DNA of 59,065 nucleotides, the filler included, from Perkinsus olseni (taxonomy: Eukaryota), in assembly GCA_013115125.1 (NCBI GenBank). It is 2 parts of 2 records of this genome, joined end to end, with 100 filler letters (N's around TTAATTAATTAA, not from the genome) between each part and the next. Parts side by side here need not be neighbours in the genome. Positions count along the whole stretch, not along the records: positions 1 to 29,597 come from JABANN010000431.1; positions 29,698 to 59,065 come from JABANN010000432.1. One strand, written 5' to 3'. The notes below the pieces were generated by a model. It ran no database searches, was not told the origin of the DNA, and saw only the letters and a program-made list of their open reading frames with translations. Position 1 is the stretch's first letter. Each line of letters begins with the position of its first letter. Below are positions 24,014-35,357 of this stretch, one piece after another. A program made the position numbers and the translations under genes.

Positions 24014-25835
24014 TCAAATTGGTGAAATCTTCGAGTCCGCGAGGAGGGAATCTCCCACACCGTAGGGATCATGCCTCAAGATACCTTCCTTGGTCGATAC
24101 CTCCAGTCTTTTTGGAGGTATGAGGGCGCTCAACAAGACGGCAAGGAGGATGACGGACATGCCAATCAGTTGTGTAGTTCCCGGAATCAGACCGTCGACA
24201 GCAAGGTTCAACAACAGGACAATAACCGGGTTAGCCGAGCATATGACTTTCACGAGACTGGTCATCGGATATGCAAGTGCTTCGTTCATAGCAAAGATCC
24301 CAATCGACTGAAACAACACGTGATGCTCCACCGCTACGGTTGTCAAAATATACGGATAAGAGCCCCACCTGCGACAAGCCACCAACCACGGTTGTGACCA
24401 GAGCCAATCCAGTAACATACAGAGTAGTCTGACCCTTGGCGATCAATACCACCCCGATGGAGAGCGTTACACATGACTGTGATAGTAGAAGAGCCGCGTA
24501 GCCACTGCGTGTAGCGACATTACCTGAAAGGGAGAAGCTCAACTATCTTAGTTGGAGAAAAGTCTATAGCCGGTGAATAGCCAAGAGACGCATCACCAGA
24601 GCAGAAACAGGCCCTAGACGGACGCACGACTGAACTCACCAATGGAGTTGTATCTCATGAGTAGTGTCAATGCTGATATCCCAAACACGGCCAGAATCGC
24701 GAACAAGAAACCCAGAGGAGAGTGAGATTCACTCAAGTGTCCATCGCTAGCAGCAGAGGGGACGACATAAGTCCCGACAGTCGAAATGATCATACCAACG
24801 ACTGCCTGAAGGGAGGAGTTTCCATCAGCAACACTACAGGCGCTAGAGTTGGGTATGTGAATTCTCACCATGATGATGAGAACTGTATGCTCTCGATCAA
24901 GTTGTTCTCGGAACACGAAATGACCGTACAAACTCACGGTAACAACCGTGGAGCTGACGATAGCAGCAACGGGACCTGGAGGGAACGGGCCGTAAAACAC
25001 ACTGCTCCCTTCTACGGCTGGATCTTATCGGTGAACTTCGAGGATATGCGCTAACACCTGTGACTCCGAGCGAATGACTAACGACTCCACACTGTGGAGT
25101 CCACAGAAATTCACTAACTGTGCAAATCGTCAAGAGTCCAACTAAGACGGAACCGACGTTGGACTATAAACCCACACACACAGACTAACATGAATCTTAC
25201 CCTTGTCTGCTGGGGACGCAAGATTGAATGCTTGTTTGACGAGAGTAGAGGATGCCGCAAGGATAAGTCCGCCAGAGAGTGCAAAGATCCTAGTCGTCGT
25301 GGCGACAGTGCCTCTGCTAGCTGACTTGCTCCAGATCACCTCGAAGCGTCCGTACACCACCCAGTGAGACACGTAGCAAAGCAAACCTGTGGAGAACTCC
25401 ATGCACGTGGACCGCTACCGTAACTAGATCCCCACGCGCTATCCTGGAATCATCCAACACCACTGACGAAGAGCGAAAGCTACCTGGGACTCCACCGACC
25501 AACCACATGATGACCATCATTTGCCACTGAGCTGCTTGGACATGCTCGTATTCAACTTCATGGGAAATGATGCTTCCAGCGGACCTGTCAAGGCGAAGAA
25601 AGAGTTGGAGCGACGTCGACGGTCTCTATAGGTCGGTCGATAGCGCCTTGTGATGCTATCAAGAAAGTCCTAGAGGGATGTGGAGAAGGTGCGATTTGAT
25701 AACAGCCCAGACTTACCCAAGACAGTAATTGAAAAGACCGTAGCCGAGCAAGGCAATTGTCGAAAGTCCCACGCATTTAGCCAAACCCGCAGTGGAGCTG
25801 CCTTGCTTGAAGCCTTTGCCGAGCGGCATGTGCAT
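24014..25835 (-). CDS. EamA/DMT-like transporter, paralogue 3 (recent duplicate of paralogue 2)
   Basis: MHMPLGKGFKQGSSTAGLAKCVGLSTIALLGYGLFNYCLG.. to ..LLADSKISPI*; last two exons nearly identical in DNA to 21430-21915. Confidence 0.8.
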
Positions 25836-26553
25836 TGACAGACTCGCAACTGTGGAAGATACACTTCTTAAGAGATCCCATCAGAACATGCTGTTCGTTC
25901 AAGTTTACGACCATCTTCCGCCATCAAGACTAGCGTTGTTGTGTTCCATCCGTGGTTTTCGAGACGCCGCTTCCTCTAGCGTCGTTCGACGTCACTGTGA
26001 CTCGGGTACGATACAATCGGTGTGAGAGATGCTTTGCCGCGGTAGTATACACGGACTCAGTGCGCCATTGTTTGAGTAACTCGCTTCTGCGAACTTTGCA
26101 CAATCGGAGTGACAGGTTTCTGCCGAGTCCGGCTGAAAGTCGAGGCAACGTCATGACCACGAGAGATGTGCCGAATTTGATCCTAGCAACGCGATGTCGT
26201 CTCTCCCTCTTCACTAGAATTGAACCCAAAATACGTGTCGTGTCGAAAGAACAAGACTAACCACCTGGGTATTGATGAGAAGAGAAAGATGTGAGAAGTA
26301 TCGTCTCCGACTGAACGGCAGGAAAACACGAAGTCAGACAAAGAAAACACGAGATTAAACGAATTGAGCAGAATTTAGACGTCAAACACTTTCACACCGG
26401 ACATGTTGGCGGGCACCTGCCGCGATAAAACAACGACTGACTTTGGGCCAGCCGGGGCTCAAACTCATCCTGCTGGCGAGGAGCCTTGTCAAGAAGCGTG
26501 AATGAACGAGTAGATGAGCGCGGGATGGTGATACGTGAAAATAACCGCAAAAT

Positions 26554-28104
26554 CTAAGCGGATCCATCCCGGCTCTTCAATAGTGGCTTGTTCAGGCTTC
26601 TTTCATTAGGGAGGGTGTTGCCTACACACACCGGTGGTGGGGCTAGCGTGCATAACATGACGCCAAGCATGATGATACCCATACCAACCAGCTGAGTGGT
26701 CCGAGGTAGAAGACCGTCCACGGCAAAATTGAGGCCCAGGACAATGATTGAGTTAGCGGAGACGATAACATTGACTAGACTGGTAGACGGGAAGGTCAGA
26801 GCTATGTTCAAAGCCAAGAACCCAAAGGACTGAATAAGCACGATGACAACCGGCCATAGTAGCCTCACAGCTTACCTGCATGAGCCCAGCGATGACTGAT
26901 AGAGTGACGACCTCATTCGGAAGGACGGTCACTGGTAACTCGCCCCCATCCTCGCTCTTGACAAAGATGTATCCGACGACGAGGGCTAGCGCAGACTGAG
27001 CTAGCAGCCTTGCTGAATACCCACTCCAGCTTGACACATGACCTGAACGTCAAACCTAAGCGGGCGAGCGACAGGGCAGCGGTCCTACCCAGGGAGCTGT
27101 AACGAATCAGTATAGTAGTTGCGGCCATACCAATCATAGAGAGAACCTGCGAAGGCGAAGGTGCACGAACAGCTAGATGTAGATGAGGGCACTCCAACGT
27201 GATGAAGACGCAAAGACGTCTAATTCAAGATCACACCGCGCTCACCGCGAACGCAAATCCAAGAGCTGCATGGCCCCTAGTCTCCGTAGCAGCAATTTGA
27301 TTTTCTACTGGAGTTGGGCCTCCGGGACTGAGAGCGGATATGAGCACGCCGACGATAACCTGTAGTAGACAACAACGTGAAGTGGGACACGCGTTCTGAC
27401 ATTGATCGAAAGTTCATAGTGATCTTACAATTCCTATGAGCAGAGCGTGGCGTCTGCTCAGGAGCTCATGGAATACGAAATGACCGTACAGACTGACGAT
27501 GATTATCGTCGAGCCGACGATAGCGGTAATCGGGCCTGAACAACGGGAACAACGGAAAAACTCGAAAGTGACATGCGGTGAGACAACAATAGGGACTCAC
27601 CTTTATCAGCAGGAGAGGAGAAGACAAAAGCCTTCTTCATGAGGCTAACCGAAACTCCCAGACCAACTCCCCCCATAAGTGTAAGAAGCTTCGATGACGC
27701 TGTGATGCTCGCTGAGCTACCACACCCGGACTCTGGCCAGAAGAATTCAATCTTGCCAGCACGTGCCCAGTGAAGAACATAGCATACCAGACCTGAACGA
27801 CGAGCATTTCTCATTCAACAAAATACTGAGTGAACTTACCGGGAACTCCGCCGGACAGCCACAAGATAACCATCATCTTCCATTCGGCACCGACCGCGTA
27901 ATACGTTTCGACCGAGCGCTCCAATTGGCTTGTAGCATACCTGATGAATAGCCGCCGATCACCCGGCACGAATGGCCACAAGAAGATATCGCACCCTATG
28001 AGATAGTTGGTAATGCCAAACCCGAGCATGGCCAGCATAGCGTAGCCGATACACTTTACAGAGGTTCTGCGTGCATCCGTGGGGAGAACGTGTTCAACGG
28101 CCAT
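26554..28104 (-). CDS. EamA/DMT-like transporter, paralogue 4
   Basis: MAVEHVLPTDARRTSVKCIGYAMLAMLGFGITNYLIG, AVGAEWKMMVILWLSGGVPG, KKAFVFSSPADKG, ALTFPSTSLVNVIVSANSII, stop at 26554. Confidence 0.8.
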
Positions 28105-29597
28105 GTTGTTGTTGTTGTTGTTCGCTGGTTCAAGGGTTTCTGAAACTGAGTATTGCAACCTTCGACTCTCCCTTGAGCAAGATCCACGAGGCTGCGTGAA
28201 AATTTCTAGCTCATCGAGGATCCACCACTCTGAGAACGCAGTATGACAGCCTTCCTACATAGCTATTAGGGACAGCGAGTGTTTGCGACATGATGATGAG
28301 TGCTTCAGCTCGTAACATCGACCCTCCTTGGTGTTGACGCGCTTACTCACCGAGAGTCTGTGCACAGCCGCTGCAGTTGTGATAGTGAATTCTCCCGACA
28401 CGAAAGGAAGTGCCTTAGGTCTGTCCTACCCTCATGTCTGAGTGCTACATTCCTGGCTCGATAAACTAGCCTAAGGTGATCCCTGTTAGATCAAGGTCCA
28501 TCGGAGCTAGTCTGACTAAACCGCTCCGACTAAACGTTGGACTTTAATCTCACACACACAGAAAGACTTTAGTGAGAACCTTTCGACCAATATTCTGTCT
28601 CCTAGGCGTCACCACTGAGACGCAGCACTCCGATGGTCCCGCGATGTGTGTATGAACTATAGACGCAACTAGCCTCGACACACGTGAAACACAGAATCGC
28701 TAGTGCCAAAAACACTATCAGGGAGGACACCAACGACCGAAGGCTATTCGCACGTGTCTGTCGCACAGTCGGCATTAATAGGAGTTTTCGCCAAGACGGG
28801 GACGAGGTAAAATATTCTTTGCAGTAAGAGCCTTTACAAGAGCTAGCAAGCCGCAATATGTGCGGGGTACCTCAGGATACTACTCCTGTGGAGTTGAATC
28901 CTAGCGTTGTCTGCGGAACGGAGTGCTGAATGTGTCGGCTCAACCTACGCCCTCGATCTGTTAGTTCCTCCTGGTTTCTCGTATTGTGATAGGGCAATCG
29001 GCTAGTACGTAGGTCATACTGAACCCATCTTAAGACTGAAAAGCTCCACCGAAGAAAGCGTGCTGAATGCGAGTTGGCAGAACTCGACCACCGACTCCTT
29101 GTGGACCACGCTGACTCCCTTCGAGCCCCTTAGTAGCGCACGACCACGCGGAAATGGTTCATCGTTGATCTGCTGTGCGACACCAAGACTGTTAGTGGAG
29201 GCTCCGCCTGCTGCAATCCCGCAAAGCTCGTCGCGAGCATTCGGGAGAACCTGGGCGATCCTCCGTACACCGCGGCGAGTTTTTTCATGACAAGCGTTGA
29301 AGCGACCGTTACAGCGATTACGGAATCGTTTAAGTATACCACGCATTTTGGCGCGTACTCCCAACTCAATTGTCTATTTCCCGTACGGAATACCGACTAG
29401 GATTTAGCTATGGTCGTGAACAATCCGTTCCAAGAAAACAAACCACTCTCATTTTAGTTCTTTTATCCCATTTCCGCGGAAACCTCTATACCTTGAATTG
29501 GCCCTACGGTACGAACGAGCTGTCTGAAATAGGATGCGTTGTGTCGTGTGTTGCATCAGTCCCATATCTTAGCTCCGAGCTATGCTCAGCTATAGCA

Positions 29598-29697
29598 NNN
29601 NNNNNNNNNNNNNNNNNNNNNNNNNNNNNNNNNNNNNNNNNTTAATTAATTAANNNNNNNNNNNNNNNNNNNNNNNNNNNNNNNNNNNNNNNNNNNN
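29598..29697. other. Artificial contig-joining spacer N44-TTAATTAATTAA-N44
   Basis: Exactly 100 nt and symmetric; the central palindromic 12-mer (29642-29653) gives stops in all six frames. Confidence 0.95.
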
Positions 29698-29955
29698 TAC
29701 TTCCATCCCCTCCCTTGGCCAGAAGGTGGGGAGTTAGACGAGCTTCGCCGTCGCCCGTCGCACTGAAAGGAAACCCTTTGTGTGAGACGATTTTCCCAAT
29801 CAGATCACAAGGATACCTTGCACGAGGTGTCCTTCAAATTCTCTTACACTCGGTACTCCACATTGTAAACCGATAAACGAACGCCTGTGCTCTTTTTAGA
29901 CCCCCACGCCATCCGAAGGCTCACCTCGGCGACTGCGGTGGTCGAACGTCTCCAT
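29698..29955 (-). CDS. 5' fragment of a multi-exon gene truncated by the contig end
   Basis: ATG29955 with two GT-AG introns gives METFDHRSRRGVRLSVYNVEYRVATGDGEARLTPHLLAKGGDGS, running into the gap. Weakly reminiscent of an ABCG-transporter N-terminus, but too short to call. Confidence 0.4.
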
Positions 29956-30375
29956 GTGTATTGTCGAAATGTTGGCCGAACTAAGAACGACGGGATGAGC
30001 TTGGACAGGACGTGCTCGCTGGAATGGAAGGGACTCTAGAGGCAAGCCAGAGCAGAGGTACTAAAAGATCGTCAGGAATTGGCCCTCATAACGAGGTACT
30101 AACGAGGTGCGTGCAACTCAATAACATCTAACAATCGAACATTCATTGAAACACATTCATTAAACATATTACAAGACCCGAAGCGCAGCGGTACACAGTG
30201 ATGTCTTCCTCTATCGAAAGGAGTCGAGCTGAGAATCATAAGGAGAACCGCAAAGATTTCTCGGGGATATTACAGTTTTTTCGGGTTTGAGAGAAGAATT
30301 TAGCAGAGGTAGTGCTACCCAGTAAGCGGAATTCACTGGAGGGACCTTGTTGGAGACTTAGTGGGAGGTTTGGAG

Positions 30376-30533
30376 AATTAGGGGCGAGCGCGAAAAATTA
30401 GGGGCGGCGCTACAGATTTCCGGGACCGGTACCGGATATACCCACCCCGATCCCGGAAGGGCACCCAAGGCAACGCGCGTTATTTTAGGGCGAGCGAGAA
30501 ATTTAGTGACAGTTCTTGAGAATTTAGTGACAG
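30376..30533. promoter_or_regulatory. Cluster of short direct repeats in a divergent intergenic region (candidate promoter elements)
   Basis: TTAGGG(G)CG(A)GCG three times (within 30376-30390, 30396-30409, 30485-30496) and AATTTAGTGACAG twice (30500-30512, 30521-30533), just upstream of the NAR1 ATG. Confidence 0.4.
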
Positions 30534-30573
30534 AGCCTGTTTGTTCCAGATATTATTATCAAAGACAGTTCCC

Positions 30574-33500
30574 ATGTCGGGCTTCTCGGGAGTGGTCAAG
30601 CTCGCCGACCTGGATGATTTCATAAGTCCGAGCACGGTAATTGGGGAAAGTGTGGTATGCCGAATTCCCACTTCCAATATTCACTCTCGTTCGAGAGGCT
30701 GTAGAGACGCCGCCTAAGCAATACCGGTACTGGAAGGACATCAAATATTGTTTTTAAATTGTTAATATTAGATATTAATAGTTAGTAAAAATAGCAAATA
30801 TCGAGTAAAAATGCTACAGCGACGTCTTACAGTTCTCGATATTGACTCAGCGGAATAATTCCTAGCCCCTCATTTACCTTTTTCGCGTTCAGGAGTGCGT
30901 CATTCCCTTAGCGGGAGCCCTCGACAACAGCACGAACGACAAAGATGAAGTAGTTGAGGAAGTTAGGCCGCAGCTGATACGATCTAAAAAGGTGAGCATG
31001 GCTCGCCCGTCTTCGATTTCTGCCGCAGCGTGCGGCGCAAAAAGTTTCATTTTTTTTCAAAGCACAGTATTGTGATCGTTTCCAGGCCGAGGAAAAGACT
31101 GCCGGTAAGACTGCGACCATTGCCCAGGTCTCCCTGTCGGACTGTCTTGCATGTAATAAACGCCGTTCGGGTAATCGCTAGCATTACCAAGTTGTTCCTG
31201 GCAGGCAGCGGCTGTGTTACCTCGGCCGAGACGGTGTTATTGACGGAACAATCAACGGACGCTCTTCTGCAGCGACTCCGAGGGGGAAAGGTAATACCAA
31301 TACTTTGTCGACTAGTAAAATCTGATTGAAATTGCGATAAATTGTCACGGTTTTTTTCCATACATTTCGAACACGCACCGCTTCACGGAGTAGCTCTTTT
31401 GGAGCTTTTCTGTATCCGAAGCTTTTTTCTGGTAAAGTGGGTGAGCAACTTCCCGCAGTACACAGCCGAATATTGAATGTTGATCGCGCGGTCGTGAATT
31501 TGCTTTGAGCATCTTCTTGGTAGGGATGGCGTTGGCTTGGCAAGAAAGTCGTTTTATTTCGTGAAAGAAAACACTTACACATAATTATGAAAGAATCAGA
31601 ATTAGAAGTTCTTTCGCCACAGAATTATGACTATTATGCTTATGAAAGAAAACGCGGTTTTCCGCTATTTCCGTTGCCATATTCAACCATCTCGGACGAG
31701 ACCGTTTTCATTGCCGAACCAACAGCCCTTCAACCGGGGAGATGCTTAAAGCTATTTCAAAAATTAGAAAAAAATTGAAATTTCGGAATCTGAAATTTGC
31801 TTGGTTATGACTACGAAAATACGAAAATCCGTGTTCTTCAGAGTGCTGCGGAAGTTTCCGTTGAAGATTCCTCGGATGCTACCTCCGCTGAGATTGTTGT
31901 ATCGGTGACTGGTCCAAGTCGAACCTCTCTTGCAGAGTAGGCTGTTGTGATCATTGCCGTCCTTGTTAACAGCTAGAGGTGTCAGATACTTCGATATCCC
32001 ACCGGAAAAGGTGGTACCGGCCTTGGGAGAGGCTTTGCGGAGGCTCGAAGTGAAGCTGAATGATGGAGATGGTAGTGATCGGAGGGAGGCCGCCATGGCG
32101 TTGGTCGGGGGGAAGGGTGGCCGTCGGCTTTTGCACTTGCGGGAATGCCTGCTATGCCGAGGGGTGGTGCTAGCGTGACTAGGACTGGAGTTGTCTGTCA
32201 CTGCGAGGTAGCGTCGTCCGGGTCGTGTTGCATAGCAATTGGGATTGAGGGTTTATCAGGCGGCGAGTTGCTCTAAGGTATTGATGTCTTCTCTTCGTTA
32301 TCCTTCCTGCGTACTGGCGATTACTTGGTCGATTTATGGTACTCTTCGGAATATTATATCTCTCGTTGCGTAGCTGTCACGACAATAAAGGGCAAGTTAG
32401 AGATTCAGTCACTAACACTGTCGTTGGATATATGAATTATCGTATTTGCCGTGTCTGTATGCATTTACATCTTCGTGCTGACCGTTTCACATTGGTATCA
32501 CCCACCCCCCTTATCTGGTGCGTGATTTACTGTTGTATTCTATGCTTCATGCCGTGGTCGTCCACCGCAGGATTCTTGTCAGCTAGAGGTGTCAGAATGT
32601 ATGTCCACAATGATGCTGTGAGTAGATACCAATCGGGCGAGTATCTCCTGCCTTAATACGAGCGCTAGTGAAGCCTTAGCGTTGCTGTTGACACGAGAGG
32701 AGGTTCGGCGACGGAGGGAGGAGGCTAGGAAGAACGGGGTAGTACTCGTGGACCGTTCGACGCCCGGGCTGGGATCGGAAGAGAATGAACTCGGTCATCG
32801 AGGCCGCTCTTATTGAGCTCCCCGGTTGGGAATAGGGTAACGCCTCGCTGGTGGTATGGTAATCGTTCTTACCGCTCGAAATCGGCAATGGTTTTTAATG
32901 GAAGTGTCGTTCTCGGCGCTGAGTTAGCGTTCGGGTGTTTTTTTCAGAGCGCAGGTTGGGTTGGCCGTGGATGATGCAGTGGATGTCAGGTTCCACCGAA
33001 GGCCTTTCTCACGTCCCACTGTCCGGGTTGGACATGCTACGCAGAGAAGAGTTTGGACACGAAGACAGTAGAGCTGTTGAGCAACGTTCGGTGATAACAG
33101 GGACTGTTAGTCGGATGGGCTTCCCGCGGGCGTCTGCCTCGTTCTTGCGCTTCGTCTGGTGGCAGTAGCGTTGACTCTTGCGGTCTTAACGGAGGTGGCT
33201 TTGTGATAGGGCGCAGTCAAGTGTTGCCAGTTTTGGCGTTTCGGGGCGATCGATTCGATTTATCGCCTTGAGAAGTAGTGTGTTCGGAACGGTAGAGCTT
33301 ATTGTCTCTTCAGGTCAGCTGAGCAAATTCAGGGTCTCTATGTAAAATCTGTCATACCAAAACTCCGCCAAATCTCAGCTTATAGAGGCCTCTGGGATGC
33401 TACTCTACCTCGTAGTGTGCGGTCTGTCCTCGCCAAGGCGGGTAACAGCGGCAGCGTGAAGGGCATATACCATGTACTGGTGTCGCCCTGCTTCGACCGG

Positions 33501-35021
33501 AAATTGGAAGTCCTACGGCCGAATTATAGAATTGATATTGGTAAGGGGGCGGGCAGGCGCTTTTTTCGGAGTGTCCCGTTGATGATTAAACTACCATCAG
33601 TCGGATATTCGATATCGATCATGTGATCGATAGCTCGCACGAGGCTTGGAATTGATCGAGAAATGGCCATGCTTCGCTATGCTCGCACCTCGCAGTTACC
33701 TAACGCGGAATTGGAAATTGGGCGAAGCACTCGCCGGAAGGAGTTTGGGTGTTGCCTCACGAAATTTCCATCACGCAGTGGTTGGGGGGTGTGGAAGCCC
33801 CCCCAACAACCCGGAGTTGCTGCAGTTGTCCAGTTGGTCACTAAAAGCTAGCTTCTTCACTTTTACATTCTGCGGATGGCTGGCCTTTCTGTAGCCTTCC
33901 TCCGTATTCAGAGAGTGCTTGGGTAAAGTGGAAATTATCTTCCAGGCTCTGCTCAGATAAGGCCAATGCCCAGCAGTCCCACTTCGTGTGCACTAGACCG
34001 GGCTAGCCTAGCTTGTACCACCCCCTGCAACACTAGATCTCCTCCCACCAGGAATTGAACCTCTGCTCGGTGACTTTCGCTAGCGTCGATCACTAACAGC
34101 GTGTCGCCAGTCTTTCGTCGTTCTTTAACGCAGAACTCTGTCGAATGCCCGCTGGATCGGAGCTGTTTCCGGGAGACCCTGATAGTTGAGCTTATTGGCG
34201 CTTTTGTGGTAGTTCAACCGCTGGTAGATGCGCTCGGCTTTATACGCTTCGCTTCCACTGTGATTCAGAATACCGTTTTTTCATCAGATTCGACGGAGAG
34301 TGTACCAAGCATAGACCTGGTGCTAGGGACGAGCGAAATAGTATCCTTGTTGAGAGAGCACGACTTGCACCTCTCGAAATTCCTCAACGCCGATCCCTCC
34401 AACGACCCTCTCATGTGCGGCATCAACTGCTTCGTCCCTTTCCAAGATTCTTCCGAGTGCGGAGGATACGCTCGAGATGAGCTTGACGTCGGGGAAGATC
34501 CAAAATGGACCCCGGTGAAAAATCAGGACTTGACGCGGGCTGGTCGAGTGGCGCGAGCGTACGGCTTTCGAAACGTACAGAATATCGTGCGACGCGTGAA
34601 AAAACGCGGATTTGATTATGATTTTGTTGAAGTAATGGCGTGCCCTGGGGGCTGCGGAAACGGCGGCGCGCAGGTCATTCCTGATACTATTGCCGGGAAG
34701 AACGAGGGGGAGGCTGCTGAGCTTGGCTGGCTTGGAAAGGACACGAGGCTGGGAAGGTTGATTGATAAAATTAGAGGGCGGAGCGAAGCGCCGGCGGCGA
34801 AAAAAATTCGGCCGGAGGAGCGCGTGGATGTAGCAAAGCTTGCGAGAGAATCTTTCACGAGGGTTCATCATAGCGTGCCGGTGATACCGCCGGAAAAATC
34901 GACGGAAGCTCGAGCGTTGAGGCGGCTACTGACGGGAGATGATTTGAATGCTACTTGGACGTCATTATCTGATAGTAATAAGGGCAAGGCAGTAGCGACA
35001 GCCTCCTCGCTGAAGTGGTGA
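30574..35021 (+). CDS. NAR1: Cytosolic Fe-S cluster assembly factor NAR1/NARFL/CIAO3 ([FeFe]-hydrogenase-like)
   Basis: [119 protein letters not shown]-terminal KW*. Confidence 0.95.
31970..31986. repeat. Dispersed motif (C)AGCTAGAGGTGTCAGA (copy 1 of 3)
   Basis: Identical 17-mer at 32580-32596; 16-mer on the minus strand at 46183-46198. Confidence 0.75.
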
Positions 35022-35357
35022 GGATAATCGATCACATGATCGATTTCATTGTTACTGTTATATATCGTTTACACTTGAAGTTGGTCGTTTCTTTCATCAT
35101 TACAGTTGCTCTATTGACTTTGTTGGTTTCGAGTTTGCTATGGGAAGGTCTGTCCATGCCCGCCTAGGACCACTACCGGTATCCTGGCCGCTCCCTTCAC
35201 TTCCCTTCTTATCTTACATAGATCGACTTAGCGGGGGAGTGAAAAATGAGGGGTTGCGTCCAATGGTTTCGCTGGCTCTATGATAACTGGGAGTGGCATC
35301 TCATGAGTAGCGTTTGGAGTGGTATTGAATTACCCTTGTAGTTTAGCTCGATCGTAA

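Noticed and set aside
29014-29364. 116-aa minus-strand ORF next to the gap
   Set aside because: No motif or clear splice support; cannot be distinguished from a chance ORF.
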